Source of the DNA: Gammaproteobacteria bacterium
Lineage (GTDB): Bacteria > Pseudomonadota > Gammaproteobacteria > Eutrophobiales > Eutrophobiaceae
Direction: 5' to 3'
Assembly: GCA_963923955.1 (NCBI GenBank)
Contig: OZ000552.1
Coordinates: 1,914,150 to 1,978,149, forward strand
Length of the DNA stretch: 64,000 nucleotides
Shown here: piece after piece, positions 46,114-57,843 of the stretch
Layout of the letters: each line of letters begins with the position of its first letter
Numbering within the stretch: the stretch's first letter is position 1
Translations under genes and position numbers: made by a program
Notes under the pieces: generated by a model
Database searches by the model: none
Told to the model about the DNA's origin: nothing
What the model saw: the letters and a program-made list of their open reading frames with translations, nothing else

Positions 46114-46785
46114 TCAGTGATCAATCTGTTCTGCCTTGACGCTGAATTTTTCACCCAGCCAGCTTACTCCGGCAACAAACAGCCCAAGACAGATAAAGGC
46201 ACCAGCGGCCTTGTTAAAGAGCAAGGCACCATGATCGATGAAGTAAATCGGCCGCACTGATGCCGTGATGGAAGGAAGGGGCAAGAGCGCAATGTCGGTC
46301 AACAGGCCGCCGCTCGCCAAAAGCTCACGCAGGCCGCCCAGGAGCAACAGGCCGAGTGCAAGCGCCAGGCCGGTTGCCGTTGCCCTTTGCATCGTGAGCC
46401 ATGTCCTTTGCTTTAGGGCCTGATGTTCCAGGATGAGCATGAGCACGACATTCACGGCAAGCAGGGGGATGTAGATGCCTAGCTGTTGGCGCATTTCATA
46501 CAGCCATGCCTGCAACAGCAGGTCAAGGACCGTCACCCAGCCGGCATTGATCAGCAGCAGAAACACAAGCCGGGCCTGATGCGGTATGAAATAACGATAC
46601 AGGGACACCGTGATGGAACTTAGCAGCAGGACGGACAATGCCGCCGCGCCCATTACCAAGCCGCTGAGCAGGGTGGTGCTGTTAATCAGCAAAGGACAAC
46701 AGCCGAAGAGGCCGAGCGCCAGCAGGTCTTTGTCTGGAATATTCGAGGGAATGTTCAAGTGCCGTTTAGCCACGCCGCGCAACAT
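46114..46785 (-). CDS. Orphan, divergent RnfE/RsxE-like membrane protein
   Basis: 223-aa ORF that aligns by eye to E. coli RsxE. LGLFGCCPLLINSTT matches LLGLCPLLAVTST, LGIYIPLLAVNVV matches LGIFIPLIVTNCIV, and GGLRELLASGGL matches GSLREIIGNGTL. No other rnf genes are in the window. Confidence 0.65.
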   Translation of the reverse strand: MLRGVAKRHLNIPSNIPDKDLLALGLFGCCPLLINSTTLLSGLVMGAAALSVLLLSSITVSLYRYFIPHQARLVFLLLINAGWVTVLDLLLQAWLYEMRQQLGIYIPLLAVNVVLMLILEHQALKQRTWLTMQRATATGLALALGLLLLGGLRELLASGGLLTDIALLPLPSITASVRPIYFIDHGALLFNKAAGAFICLGLFVAGVSWLGEKFSVKAEQIDH

Positions 46786-46800
46786 GGGAATAGATTATAA

Positions 46801-47391
46801 TCAGTCCGCTGCGGAAGAATCAGCCGAATGCACTATCAAGCCGGTAAGCAGCCGCAAGCGCTCGGTCGGATCCCTCAACTCCAACAGCTCTTGTTTGATC
46901 ACATGCTCCAGCGGCAGCAACTCGGACAGACGATTGCCGAGCCAGCTCATGTCCGCGATCTTTTCCAACTCTTGCCCATAGGGCAATTCATAGTGTTCGA
47001 TCGCCTTCTCCAGTAATCGTTGCAGCACCTGATGCTCATCCTGGCAACTTAGTCCGGGTTCTTGCTCAATGCGGCTTACCTCGCCTTCCAGCAGATTGTT
47101 ATCACGCACGGAATAGCTGTGCACCTGATAGCGATGCCGCCCACGCACAACGATGCCCAACAGGCCGTCTTCCAGCCGGTTCCAGTCAATGATCTCGGCG
47201 TAGGTGCCCACATCAAAACACTGCGCCACCTTGCCGGCCTCACCCTCTCGTATCAGGTTAATGCCAAAGCCCTTCTGCGCGCGCAGACACTCACTTACCA
47301 TGTCAATATAACGGATCTCGAATATTCGTAACGGCAAAATGCTGTCCGGGTACAAGACCAGGTTCAGAGGAAAGAGCGGGATCTTCTCCAT
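46801..47391 (-). CDS. LON substrate-binding (LON N-terminal/PUA-like) domain protein
   Basis: 196-aa ORF. IPLFPLNLVLYPDSILPLRIFEIRYIDMV is typical of stand-alone LON-domain proteins. Confidence 0.75.
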   Translation of the reverse strand: MEKIPLFPLNLVLYPDSILPLRIFEIRYIDMVSECLRAQKGFGINLIREGEAGKVAQCFDVGTYAEIIDWNRLEDGLLGIVVRGRHRYQVHSYSVRDNNLLEGEVSRIEQEPGLSCQDEHQVLQRLLEKAIEHYELPYGQELEKIADMSWLGNRLSELLPLEHVIKQELLELRDPTERLRLLTGLIVHSADSSAAD

Positions 47392-48740
47392 CAGCCTTCC
47401 AGGCGCGCCAGCAGTCGCTGCTGCATATTTTCAAAACCGCCGTTACTCATAATCACGATATGATCTCCCGCTTTGCGCATACGCCAGACCGCCTCGATGA
47501 TGGATTGCGTATCCTCATGGATCTGGCAGCGCTCGCCCAGCCCCGCCATGCCGGCAGCCGGGTCCCATTGTAGATTGTCCGGCCGGTAGAAAAAACTCTG
47601 ATCAGCCGGCGCCAGTGCCGCGGCCAGCGCGTCCTTGTGTACGCCCAGCTTCATGGTGTTAGAGCGCGGTTCCAGGATCGCGATCAGTCGGCCCCGGCCG
47701 ACATGCCGCCGCAGGGCCTCTAATGTCGCCCGGATCGCGCTTGGGTGATGGGCAAAATCATCATAGAGCGTCACCGACCCGATCCTCGCCAGCACCTGCA
47801 AGCGCCGCTTCACGCCCCGAAAATCGCCTAAGGCCCGACAGGCAAGCTCGGCGGCCACGCCAACATGACACCCGGCGGCGATTGCGGCCAAGGCATTCTC
47901 GGCATTGTGTCGGCCGATTAGCGCCCATTCCACCACGCCCAGTTCTTCGCCGGAGCGAAGCACTCGAAATGCGCTGTAATCCTCGCGCAGGGCTTCTGCC
48001 CTCCATTCGCCTTCAGCACCAAAGGAGACCACCGGCGTCCAGCAGCCCCGACACAGAACTTCTTCTATTTCGCTATCTCCCTGCCGGGCTATGATGCGGC
48101 CGTTGCCGGGCACAGTTCGTAGCAAATGATGAAATTCACGTCTTATGGATGCCATGTCGGCGAATATATCCGCATGATCAAACTCAATATTATTCACGAT
48201 CAGGGTCGTTGGGCGGTAGTGGATGAATTTTGCGCGCTTGTCAAAAAAGGCGCTGTCGTACTCATCCGCCTCGACCACAAAGAAGCGCGACTCACCCAGA
48301 CGCGCCGATACGCCGAAATTCTCGGCCACCCCGCCGATGACAAAGCCCGGCTTCTCCCTGGCCGCCTCCAGCAGCCAGGCCAAGATGCTGGCCGTTGTCG
48401 TCTTGCCGTGTGTGCCGGAGACCGCCAGCACATGTTTGCCCGGCAGCACGTTCTGCGCCAGCCATTGCGGCCCGGATGTATAGCCAAGCCCCTGCTCCAG
48501 GATATATTCGACACTGGGGTTGCCCCGGCCCAAGGCATTGCCGATGAGAATCAGCGCCTGCGCATCCAGGCCATCCGGCGCATAGCCATCTTGCAGCGGG
48601 ATGCCGGCGGCCGCCAGCTGCGTACTCATGGGCGGATAGATGTTCGTATCAGCACCGCTAACCTCATGCCCCAGCGCCTTAGCCAGCAGAGCCAGGCTGC
48701 CCATGAAGGTGCCGCAGATGCCCAAGATATGCAGCTTCAT
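47391..48740 (-). CDS. mpl: UDP-N-acetylmuramate:L-alanyl-gamma-D-glutamyl-meso-DAP ligase
   Basis: MKLHILGICGTFMGSLALLAK..., the Mur ligase P-loop VSGTHGKTTT, and a length of about 449 aa. I took the start at 48740, which forms an ATGA overlap with the upstream gene's stop. Confidence 0.85.
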   Translation of the reverse strand: MKLHILGICGTFMGSLALLAKALGHEVSGADTNIYPPMSTQLAAAGIPLQDGYAPDGLDAQALILIGNALGRGNPSVEYILEQGLGYTSGPQWLAQNVLPGKHVLAVSGTHGKTTTASILAWLLEAAREKPGFVIGGVAENFGVSARLGESRFFVVEADEYDSAFFDKRAKFIHYRPTTLIVNNIEFDHADIFADMASIRREFHHLLRTVPGNGRIIARQGDSEIEEVLCRGCWTPVVSFGAEGEWRAEALREDYSAFRVLRSGEELGVVEWALIGRHNAENALAAIAAGCHVGVAAELACRALGDFRGVKRRLQVLARIGSVTLYDDFAHHPSAIRATLEALRRHVGRGRLIAILEPRSNTMKLGVHKDALAAALAPADQSFFYRPDNLQWDPAAGMAGLGERCQIHEDTQSIIEAVWRMRKAGDHIVIMSNGGFENMQQRLLARLEG

Positions 48741-49279
48741 TCCCATTCCTCCGGCACCGCCTGCGGGAAAAGCAACTGACTAACTCCCACCATCCACCAG
48801 ATAAGGAGAATGGCTGCCAGGACTCCGACCGCAAAGGGCACGGACAGGGCGTGTCTGAAGATATGCGCCATGACGGCGATACTCCACAGGATGAGAATAA
48901 TCAGCAACAAGTAGAAGGCATGGTTATCAAAGGCCACCGGATGCTCGCCAGCGGCCCCCCAATAAAACAAGGGCAGGACGATGATATTAAAGACAATGCC
49001 GGTGCCAAACAGCGCCGTGCAGCTTTGCACCCAGCGCGGCACTAGCTTGCGCGCGGCCAGCAGCACATAGGTGAAGGCAAGCGCCAGCAGAGTATCCACG
49101 CCGGCCATCCCGAGCGCCACCCGCAGAGAATGCTCCGACAAGTACACCAGGATGCTCGAGGCCACATAAACCAGCACCACCAGGCGCAGGAAGGCCACCG
49201 ACCTGGGCACGTCCTGCGGCCCCTTGCGCAATAGGCAGATGTCAAAGAAGCTCTTTGCGATGATGAACAGCGCCTGCAT
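48737..49279 (-). CDS. Hypothetical polytopic inner-membrane protein
   Basis: 180-aa ORF with about five hydrophobic helices. It is translationally coupled to mpl. I recognised no family. Confidence 0.5.
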   Translation of the reverse strand: MQALFIIAKSFFDICLLRKGPQDVPRSVAFLRLVVLVYVASSILVYLSEHSLRVALGMAGVDTLLALAFTYVLLAARKLVPRWVQSCTALFGTGIVFNIIVLPLFYWGAAGEHPVAFDNHAFYLLLIILILWSIAVMAHIFRHALSVPFAVGVLAAILLIWWMVGVSQLLFPQAVPEEWE

Positions 49280-49289
49280 GACTTTTTTA

Positions 49290-49307
49290 GTACTTTAAGT
49301 AAAGTAC
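49290..49307. repeat. Perfect 18-nt palindrome GTACTTTA-AG-TAAAGTAC
   Basis: It was read directly from the sequence. It lies 11-28 nt upstream of the ATG of the 48737-49279 gene and downstream of mdh. Confidence 0.8.
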
Positions 49308-49380
49308 ATTTACACGCGAAACCGTCGTGAGCAATGCGTGATTTTCTCCGCCCGGGGCTTAAGCCGGAATAGGCGCAGCT

Positions 49381-50361
49381 TTAGCCCGCTAACCGCTCGA
49401 TGCTGTCCATCTCTTCTTCAAGCTCCTGTTGCGTTGCCAGCATCTTGGTACGGCTGAAGCTGCCGATGTTAAGACCCTGCACAATCTCATAGTCGCCGTC
49501 CTTGCAGATGACCGGAAAGGAATAGACCAGGCCGGCAGGGATGTCATAAGAGCCATCGCTATAAACAGCCATGCTCGTCCAGTCCCCCTTAGGGGTGCCC
49601 AGGACCCAATCACGCATGTGCTCCAGCACGGCACTGGCCGCGGACGCCGCGCTGGAGGCCCCACGCGCTGCGATGATCTCCGCGCCGCGCCCGGCAATGG
49701 CCGGGATATAGGTGTTTTCATACCACTGCTGATCAACCTGCTGCAGGGCCGGGCGCTCGTTGATGGTGGCGTGATGCAGGTCTGGGTATTGTGTGCCGGA
49801 GTGATTCCCCCAGATGCAGAGCTTGCGGATGTCCTGCACCGCAACACCGGCTTGGGCCGCCAGCCGCGCCAGCGCCCGATTATGATCCAGACGCATCATT
49901 GCGGTGATGTTGCGCGGATTCAGATCCGGGGCGTTTTTGATGGTAATCAGGGCATTGGTATTGGCCGGGTTGCCGACAACAATCACCTTCACCTCACGCT
50001 TTGCATGCGCATTCAGGGCCTTGCCTTGGACATTAAAAATCGCGGCATTGCCGGCCAGCAGATCAGCCCGCTCCATGCCCGGGCCGCGCGGTTTGGCCCC
50101 GACCATGAACACATAATCGGCCTGCTCAAAGGCGACATTCGGATCAGCGCTGGTTTCAATGCCGGCGAGCAATGGAAAGGCGCAGTCTTCCAATTCCATG
50201 ACCACGCCGCCCAGCGCATCCATGGCCGCAGGCACTTCCAGCAGCTGCAGGATCAGCGGCTGTCTTGCGCCAAGAAATTCGCCCGCGGCAAGCCGGAATA
50301 AGAGGGCATAGGCGATCTGGCCGGCGGCGCCGGTTACCGCAACACGTAGCGCTGAGTTCAT
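49381..50361 (-). CDS. mdh: Malate dehydrogenase
   Basis: 326-aa ORF with [12 protein letters not shown] (Rossmann fold), MERADLL, and a GNPANTNA and IWGNHS pattern. Confidence 0.9.
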   Translation of the reverse strand: MNSALRVAVTGAAGQIAYALLFRLAAGEFLGARQPLILQLLEVPAAMDALGGVVMELEDCAFPLLAGIETSADPNVAFEQADYVFMVGAKPRGPGMERADLLAGNAAIFNVQGKALNAHAKREVKVIVVGNPANTNALITIKNAPDLNPRNITAMMRLDHNRALARLAAQAGVAVQDIRKLCIWGNHSGTQYPDLHHATINERPALQQVDQQWYENTYIPAIAGRGAEIIAARGASSAASAASAVLEHMRDWVLGTPKGDWTSMAVYSDGSYDIPAGLVYSFPVICKDGDYEIVQGLNIGSFSRTKMLATQQELEEEMDSIERLAG

Positions 50362-50408
50362 TTTATACGTTTCTCCTTAGGCTAGATTATTAGAAAGCGC
50401 CGGGCACT

Positions 50409-51701
50409 TCATCTCTTGTCGATCGGCACATAGTCGCGCTGATTCTCGCCGATATATAGCTGGCGCGGACGGCCGATACGAAAGTCCTCATCGGCCATGA
50501 ACTCCATCCATTGCGCGATCCAGCCGGCACTCCGGGCTAAGGCAAACATAACGGTAAACATACTTGATGGGATTTTCAAGGCCTGGTAGATCAGGCCGGA
50601 ATAAAAATCGACATTTGGGTACAGCTTGCGCTCTATGAAATACTCATCTTCGAGTGCGATGCGTTCTAATTCCATGGCAATCTCAAACTGTGGCTGGTTC
50701 AGGTTCATCTCTTGCAATAGCTCATGGCAGGCTTGGCGAATGATCTTCGCGCGCGGGTCGTAATTCTTATAGACTCGGTGCCCAAAGCCCATCAGCCGGA
50801 AGGGGTCGTCCTTGTCCTTGGCGCGGGCGATAAAGCCGGCAATGTTCTTCGGATCTTCGATCTCGGCCAGCATGTCGATCACGGCCTCATTTGCACCGCC
50901 ATGCGCCTTGCCCCACAGGGTGACAATGCCGGCGGCCACACAGGCAAAGGGATTGGATTCCGAACTCGCCGCCAGCCGGACGGTCGAGGTGCTCGCATTC
51001 TGCTCATGGTCGGCATGCAAGATGAACAAGAGCTCCAGCGCCCGCACCGCCACCGGCGAGGGGCGGTAGGCTTCCGTCGGCCAAGAGAAGGTCATGTACA
51101 TGAAATTCTCAATATAGCTGCGGGAATTATCGGGATAGACAAAGGGCAGGCCGGAGGCATAGCGGTAGCACTTGGAAGCAAGGCTCGGCATCTTGCCCAA
51201 CACCCGTCGGGCGGTCAGCAGGCGGTTCTCGGGATTGCGAATATCGGTGTGGTCGTGATAGTACGAGGCAACGGCATTAACCGCACCGGCCATGATCGAC
51301 ATGGGGTGCGCATCATAGCGATAGCCCTCATAAAAACTGGACAGGTGTTCGTGCGTCATGGCATGCATCTTGAGCGAATGCTCCCACTCCCGCATCTGCG
51401 GCGCGCTCGGCAATTCGCCGTGAATGAGCAAATAACAGACCTCGGTGAAACTGCTGCGCTCCGCCAGCTGTTCAATGGGGTAGCCTCGATGCAGCAGCAC
51501 CCCGTTCTCACCATCGAGATACGTCACTGCGCTGCGGCAGCTGGCCGTGGTCGCATAACCGGGATCAAAGGAAAACATGCCCAGTTCCCTGTATAAGTCC
51601 TTGCTGTCGATGACCGGCGGCCCCAGCACCCCTTCCATGACCGGGCACTCAAGCTGTTTGCCCGTTTTGTTATCAGTAATCGTAACCGTTCTGGACATCA
51701 A
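50409..51701 (-). CDS. gltA: Citrate synthase (type II)
   Basis: 430-aa ORF with LHADHEQNASTSTVR, GFGHRVYKNYDPRA and SRSAGWIAQW. Confidence 0.9.
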   Translation of the reverse strand: MMSRTVTITDNKTGKQLECPVMEGVLGPPVIDSKDLYRELGMFSFDPGYATTASCRSAVTYLDGENGVLLHRGYPIEQLAERSSFTEVCYLLIHGELPSAPQMREWEHSLKMHAMTHEHLSSFYEGYRYDAHPMSIMAGAVNAVASYYHDHTDIRNPENRLLTARRVLGKMPSLASKCYRYASGLPFVYPDNSRSYIENFMYMTFSWPTEAYRPSPVAVRALELLFILHADHEQNASTSTVRLAASSESNPFACVAAGIVTLWGKAHGGANEAVIDMLAEIEDPKNIAGFIARAKDKDDPFRLMGFGHRVYKNYDPRAKIIRQACHELLQEMNLNQPQFEIAMELERIALEDEYFIERKLYPNVDFYSGLIYQALKIPSSMFTVMFALARSAGWIAQWMEFMADEDFRIGRPRQLYIGENQRDYVPIDKR

Positions 51702-51979
51702 TTCCTCTCCCTTTGCTGAGGCTTTGCGTATTATTTAGCCGCTGAGTCAGGCACCTGTCCGGTGCTTAGTCCCGGGCGTGAAATGCCGCGGGCTTTTAGA
51801 TGCTTAATCTCCCTAGCATACAGGCGAGAGCGAAGTTCCCGCAAGCCTTTGGCAGAAAAAGCCCGTAAAAATGTGCACGCGGCTATGACAAAGCCGTACA
51901 GATCCTATAAACTTAGACGCCAATCATTTACGTAGATTAGTTAAAGCAATATCAGTTGATTGATGGGCGAAAGAGCAAA

Positions 51980-54829
51980 ATGGGGAAATCAGAATTCTCT
52001 TATCTATATAGCGGCAATGCAGATTTCATCGAAGACTTGTACGAGTCTTTTTTGCAAGATCCGAAGCAGGTGGATCAGAACTGGCAGGAATATTTCTTAA
52101 CGCTACAGCAGGAGGAAGCCAGGCAGCCGGCGGATGTCCCTCATTCCAAGGTGCGCCAGGCCTTGTTAAAGGCAACAAAAAACCGGCGCGGCCGCACCAA
52201 CGGCGAGGCCGGCACACAAGGCAACGGCGATTATCAAAAGCAGGTTGCGGTCTTGCAACTCATCAACGCCCATCGCTTTCGCGGCCATCAGCAGGCGGAT
52301 CTCGACCCCCTAAGACAATATGCCAGGCCCGCAGTGCCGGAGCTTGACCCTGCCTTCCACAAGCTGACAGAAGCCGATAAGCGTTTGTCTTTTAATACCG
52401 GTTCGCTGTTTGCGCCGGACAAGCTGCCGCTTGCCGACATCCTGGCCCTGGTGAATGATACCTATTGCTCCACCATCGGTGCGGAATACATGCACATCAA
52501 TGAAACCGAGCAGAAACGCTGGATACAGCAACGCTTAGAAGAATCCCGCGCAAAACCTAAATTCAGTAATGAGCAGAAAAAACGCATCCTAAACCGCGTC
52601 ATCGCGGCCAATGCCTTGGAAGAATATCTCCACACCAAGTATGTCGGCCAGAAACGCTTCTCGCTTGAAGGGGGGGAATGCCTGATCCCCCTGCTGGATG
52701 AGATCGTACAAAAATGCGGCGGTGAGACACTGCAGGAGATCGTTATCGGCATGGCGCATCGCGGCCGCTTAAATGTGCTGGTGAATATCATCGGCAAGCT
52801 GCCGGATGAGCTCTTTGGTGAATTTGAAGGCAAGAATGTCGGCATCTCCAGTTCCGGCGATGTGAAATACCACTTGGGTTACTCATCGGATATCCAGACG
52901 GAAAACGGCGTCGCCCACCTGACCCTGGCCTTTAATCCCTCGCATCTGGAGATTATCGATCCGGTTGTGGAAGGCTCGGTGCGGGCGCGCCAGGACCGGC
53001 GCAAAGACAAATCCCGCGACCAGGTATTGCCCATTCTCTTGCATGGCGATGCCGCCTTTGCCGGTCAGGGCGTGGTGATGGAGACCTTTAACCTGTCACA
53101 GGTGCGCGGTTACACCACCGGCGGCACCGTGCACATCATCATCAACAACCAGATAGGCTTCACCACTAGCGACCCGCTGGATTCACGCTCTACGCTGTAC
53201 TGCACGGACATTGCCAAGATGGTGCAGGCGCCGATCTTTCACGTCAATGGCGATGACCCAGAAGCCGTGGCCTTTGTTGCGCAGCTGGCGCTGGATTTCA
53301 GGATGACCTTCAAAAAGGACGTGGTCATCGACCTGGTGTGCTATCGCAAACACGGGCACAGCGAGGCCGATGAACCCGCTGCCACGCAGCCGGTGATGTA
53401 TGAGCACATACGCAAACACCCCGGGGTGAGGCGGCTCTATACTGAGCGACTGATCGCAGAAGGCGTGGTATCGGAAGCGGAGGCCGAGGCCATGGCGAGG
53501 AGCTATATTGACTCGCTCGAATCCAATCATGCCGTGGCCGGCCCCAAGGCGGTCAATGTGAATACCACCCACCTGATCAACTTTGATCCCTACATAGGCA
53601 CTAGCTGGGACATGGAGACAGACACCAGCATCTCCGCAGAGCAGGTGAGCAGTCTAACAGCCGCGCTGACAACGATCCCGCCCGCGTTTAGCCTGCACAA
53701 GGCCGTTAGCCGGGTGATACAAAGCCGGCAGCGTATGGGCCGCGGAGAGATGGAAATGGACTGGGGTTATGCAGAGAACATGGCCTATGCCTCGCTGGTG
53801 AGCCAGGGCTTCCCGGTGCGGCTCTCCGGCCAGGACAGTGGCCGCGGCACCTTCTTTCACCGCCATGCCGTCATCCACAATCAGGAGGACGGCGACACCT
53901 ACCTGCCCTTGCAGAATATCCGCGCCGGCCAGGCGCCCTTCCTGGTGATCAACTCAACCTTATCGGAGGAGGCGGTGCTGGCCTTTGAATATGGATATAG
54001 CAGCGCCGAGCCGAAGGCGCTGGTGATCTGGGAGGCACAGTTCGGGGATTTTGCCAATGGCGCGCAGGTGGTCTTCGACCAATTCGTCAGCTCCTGCGAG
54101 GCCAAGTGGGGGCGCTACTGCGGGCTTGCGGTCTTCCTGCCGCACGGCTATGACGGCCAAGGGCCGGAGCATTCCTCGGCCCGATTAGAGCGCTATCTGC
54201 AACTGTGCGCGGAAGAAAACATGCAGGTCTGCTATCCGAGTACCGCAGCGCAGATGTTTCACATGCTGCGCCGCCAGGCGCTCCGGCCCTATCGCAAGCC
54301 ATTGATCGTGATGAGTCCCAAGAGCCTGCTGCGCCATAAATTATCCACCTCGCCGGTAGAGAAGTTGATCCACGGCAAATTCGAACTGGTCATTGATGAG
54401 ATAGACGACCTGGACAAAGCAGCCATCACCCGCCTGCTGGTGTGTAGCGGCAAGGTCTATTTCGATCTGCTCGAAGCACGCCGCGAAAATCAATTAGGCA
54501 ACATTGCCATTATCCGGCTGGAGCAATTATTTCCTTTCCCGACGCAAGAGATGACCGCGCTGATCAATGCCTATCCAAATGCGCGGGAAGTTGTGTGGGT
54601 GCAGGAAGAGCCGAAAAACCAGGGCAGTTGGTATTATATGCAATCACGAGGCACCATGATCGGCTGCCTGACTGAGCGTCATGTCTTCGGCTATGCCGGA
54701 CGCTTTTATTCGGCCTCCCCGGCTGCTGGTTATATGAGCCTGCACCAGAGACAACAGAAACAATTAATACACGATGCCTTACAGCTGGATACCCTGGAAG
54801 TAACGACACACAGGAGTGTCTCCGGCTAA
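51980..54829 (+). CDS. sucA: 2-oxoglutarate dehydrogenase E1 component
   Basis: About 950 aa, starting MGKSEFSYLYSGNADFIEDLYESFL, with HRGRLNVL and LHGDAAFAGQGVV. I chose the ATG at 51980 over the non-ATG opening at 51956. Confidence 0.9.
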   Translation: MGKSEFSYLYSGNADFIEDLYESFLQDPKQVDQNWQEYFLTLQQEEARQPADVPHSKVRQALLKATKNRRGRTNGEAGTQGNGDYQKQVAVLQLINAHRFRGHQQADLDPLRQYARPAVPELDPAFHKLTEADKRLSFNTGSLFAPDKLPLADILALVNDTYCSTIGAEYMHINETEQKRWIQQRLEESRAKPKFSNEQKKRILNRVIAANALEEYLHTKYVGQKRFSLEGGECLIPLLDEIVQKCGGETLQEIVIGMAHRGRLNVLVNIIGKLPDELFGEFEGKNVGISSSGDVKYHLGYSSDIQTENGVAHLTLAFNPSHLEIIDPVVEGSVRARQDRRKDKSRDQVLPILLHGDAAFAGQGVVMETFNLSQVRGYTTGGTVHIIINNQIGFTTSDPLDSRSTLYCTDIAKMVQAPIFHVNGDDPEAVAFVAQLALDFRMTFKKDVVIDLVCYRKHGHSEADEPAATQPVMYEHIRKHPGVRRLYTERLIAEGVVSEAEAEAMARSYIDSLESNHAVAGPKAVNVNTTHLINFDPYIGTSWDMETDTSISAEQVSSLTAALTTIPPAFSLHKAVSRVIQSRQRMGRGEMEMDWGYAENMAYASLVSQGFPVRLSGQDSGRGTFFHRHAVIHNQEDGDTYLPLQNIRAGQAPFLVINSTLSEEAVLAFEYGYSSAEPKALVIWEAQFGDFANGAQVVFDQFVSSCEAKWGRYCGLAVFLPHGYDGQGPEHSSARLERYLQLCAEENMQVCYPSTAAQMFHMLRRQALRPYRKPLIVMSPKSLLRHKLSTSPVEKLIHGKFELVIDEIDDLDKAAITRLLVCSGKVYFDLLEARRENQLGNIAIIRLEQLFPFPTQEMTALINAYPNAREVVWVQEEPKNQGSWYYMQSRGTMIGCLTERHVFGYAGRFYSASPAAGYMSLHQRQQKQLIHDALQLDTLEVTTHRSVSG

Positions 54830-54862
54830 CACACACCCAACAAATATCAGGAGAAGAGTTAA

Positions 54863-56176
54863 GTGTCTATCGATGTCAAAGTGCCAGTCCTGGCAGAATC
54901 CATCGCTGAGGCCACGCTGATGAGTTGGCACAAGCAGGTTGGTGATCAGGTCAAACGTGGTGATAATCTTATCGATATCGAAACGGACAAGGTGACGCTC
55001 GAAGTCGCCGCCTTGGGCGATGGCGTGTTGGTGGAGATCCTCAAAGGCGATGGGGAGAATGTGGAAAGTGATGAGGTCATCGCCCGTATCGAGACCGGCG
55101 CTGCCGCCGCAGCAGAGTCGGCAACAGCAGAACCGGCCGCAGCCGCTGTTCCAGAACAACAGAGCCTGGTTGAGGAGGCAGCAGCGGCTGAGTCAATGAA
55201 GCTGAGTCCTGCGGTCCGAAATCTGTTGGAAGAGAATAAACTCAATGCGAGTGACATAGCCGCCGGCCATAAAGATGGCAGGCTGACCAAGGAAGATGTC
55301 TTGGATCACTTGGAAAAAAGTACTGCCGACGCAACACCGGCCGCGGTCGAAAGTGCAGCGCCCACGGTCCCTGAGCCGGAGCCGACACCGGCCGCCCCCA
55401 CACCGGCTACCCCGACACCCGCCCCCGCTCCCGAAGCGGCGGCACCGATAACGGCACCAACAACACCGGGCGGCCAGCGCTCAGAGCAACGTGTGCCCAT
55501 GACCCGCATGCGGCGCCGCACCGCGGAAAGGCTCCTGGCCGCACAACATGAAAATGCCCTGCTAACGACCTTTAACGAGGTCAACATGCAGCCGGTCATG
55601 GCGCTGCGCAGCCGCTACAAGGAACAGTTTGAAAAGACCCATCAGGCACGGCTTGGCTTTATGTCCTTTTTCAGCAAGGCCGCGGTTGCGGCGCTGAAGC
55701 AATTCCCGGTCATTAATGCCGCCGTGGACGGCGATGATATTGTCTATCGCGATTATTTCGATATCGGGATTGCGGTGAGTTCGCCGCGAGGGCTGGTGGT
55801 GCCCATCGTGCGTGATGTTGATCTTATGTCATACGCCGAGATCGAGGCGAAAATCGCCGAGTATGGCCAAAAGGCGCGGGATGCGAAGCTCACCATTGAA
55901 GAGCTGACCGGTGGCACCTTCACCATCACCAATGGCGGCATCTTCGGCTCCTTGCTGTCAACGCCGATCATCAACCCGCCGCAGAGCGCCATCTTAGGCA
56001 TGCACAAGATCCAGGAGCGGCCTATGGCGGAGAATGGTGAGGTCGTCGTTCGCCCGATGATGTACCTGGCCTTGTCGTATGACCATCGCATCATCGACGG
56101 CCGCGATGCGGTGCAGTTCCTGGTGGCGGTAAAGGCAGCCCTGGAAGACCCGGCAAGACTGCTGTTGCAGATTTAG
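54863..56176 (+). CDS. sucB: Dihydrolipoyllysine-residue succinyltransferase (E2o)
   Basis: 437-aa ORF with the lipoyl site [10 protein letters not shown], an Ala/Pro linker, and catalytic [17 protein letters not shown]. It starts at a GTG preceded by CAGGAGAAG. Confidence 0.9.
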   Translation: MSIDVKVPVLAESIAEATLMSWHKQVGDQVKRGDNLIDIETDKVTLEVAALGDGVLVEILKGDGENVESDEVIARIETGAAAAAESATAEPAAAAVPEQQSLVEEAAAAESMKLSPAVRNLLEENKLNASDIAAGHKDGRLTKEDVLDHLEKSTADATPAAVESAAPTVPEPEPTPAAPTPATPTPAPAPEAAAPITAPTTPGGQRSEQRVPMTRMRRRTAERLLAAQHENALLTTFNEVNMQPVMALRSRYKEQFEKTHQARLGFMSFFSKAAVAALKQFPVINAAVDGDDIVYRDYFDIGIAVSSPRGLVVPIVRDVDLMSYAEIEAKIAEYGQKARDAKLTIEELTGGTFTITNGGIFGSLLSTPIINPPQSAILGMHKIQERPMAENGEVVVRPMMYLALSYDHRIIDGRDAVQFLVAVKAALEDPARLLLQI

Positions 56177-56216
56177 GACAAGCGTTCAAGACGGACTTGT
56201 TTAAGCGCTTTGTTAA

Positions 56217-57662
<1,446 letters not shown>

Positions 57663-57843
57663 TTCTTGGAAATATATCTATTAAATCAATACGTTAATTA
57701 TTTTGGCCTGGGGGCTGGTTTCACTGCTCAGTTTTTGCTACCATGCAACATAAATTGTGCACTGCAGCGCAACCTTTGTGGGCAAAAAAGTCCCTATGTC
57801 GCCGCTTGCTACGCCGGATAATAACAACGGGAGGATAAAGCTG

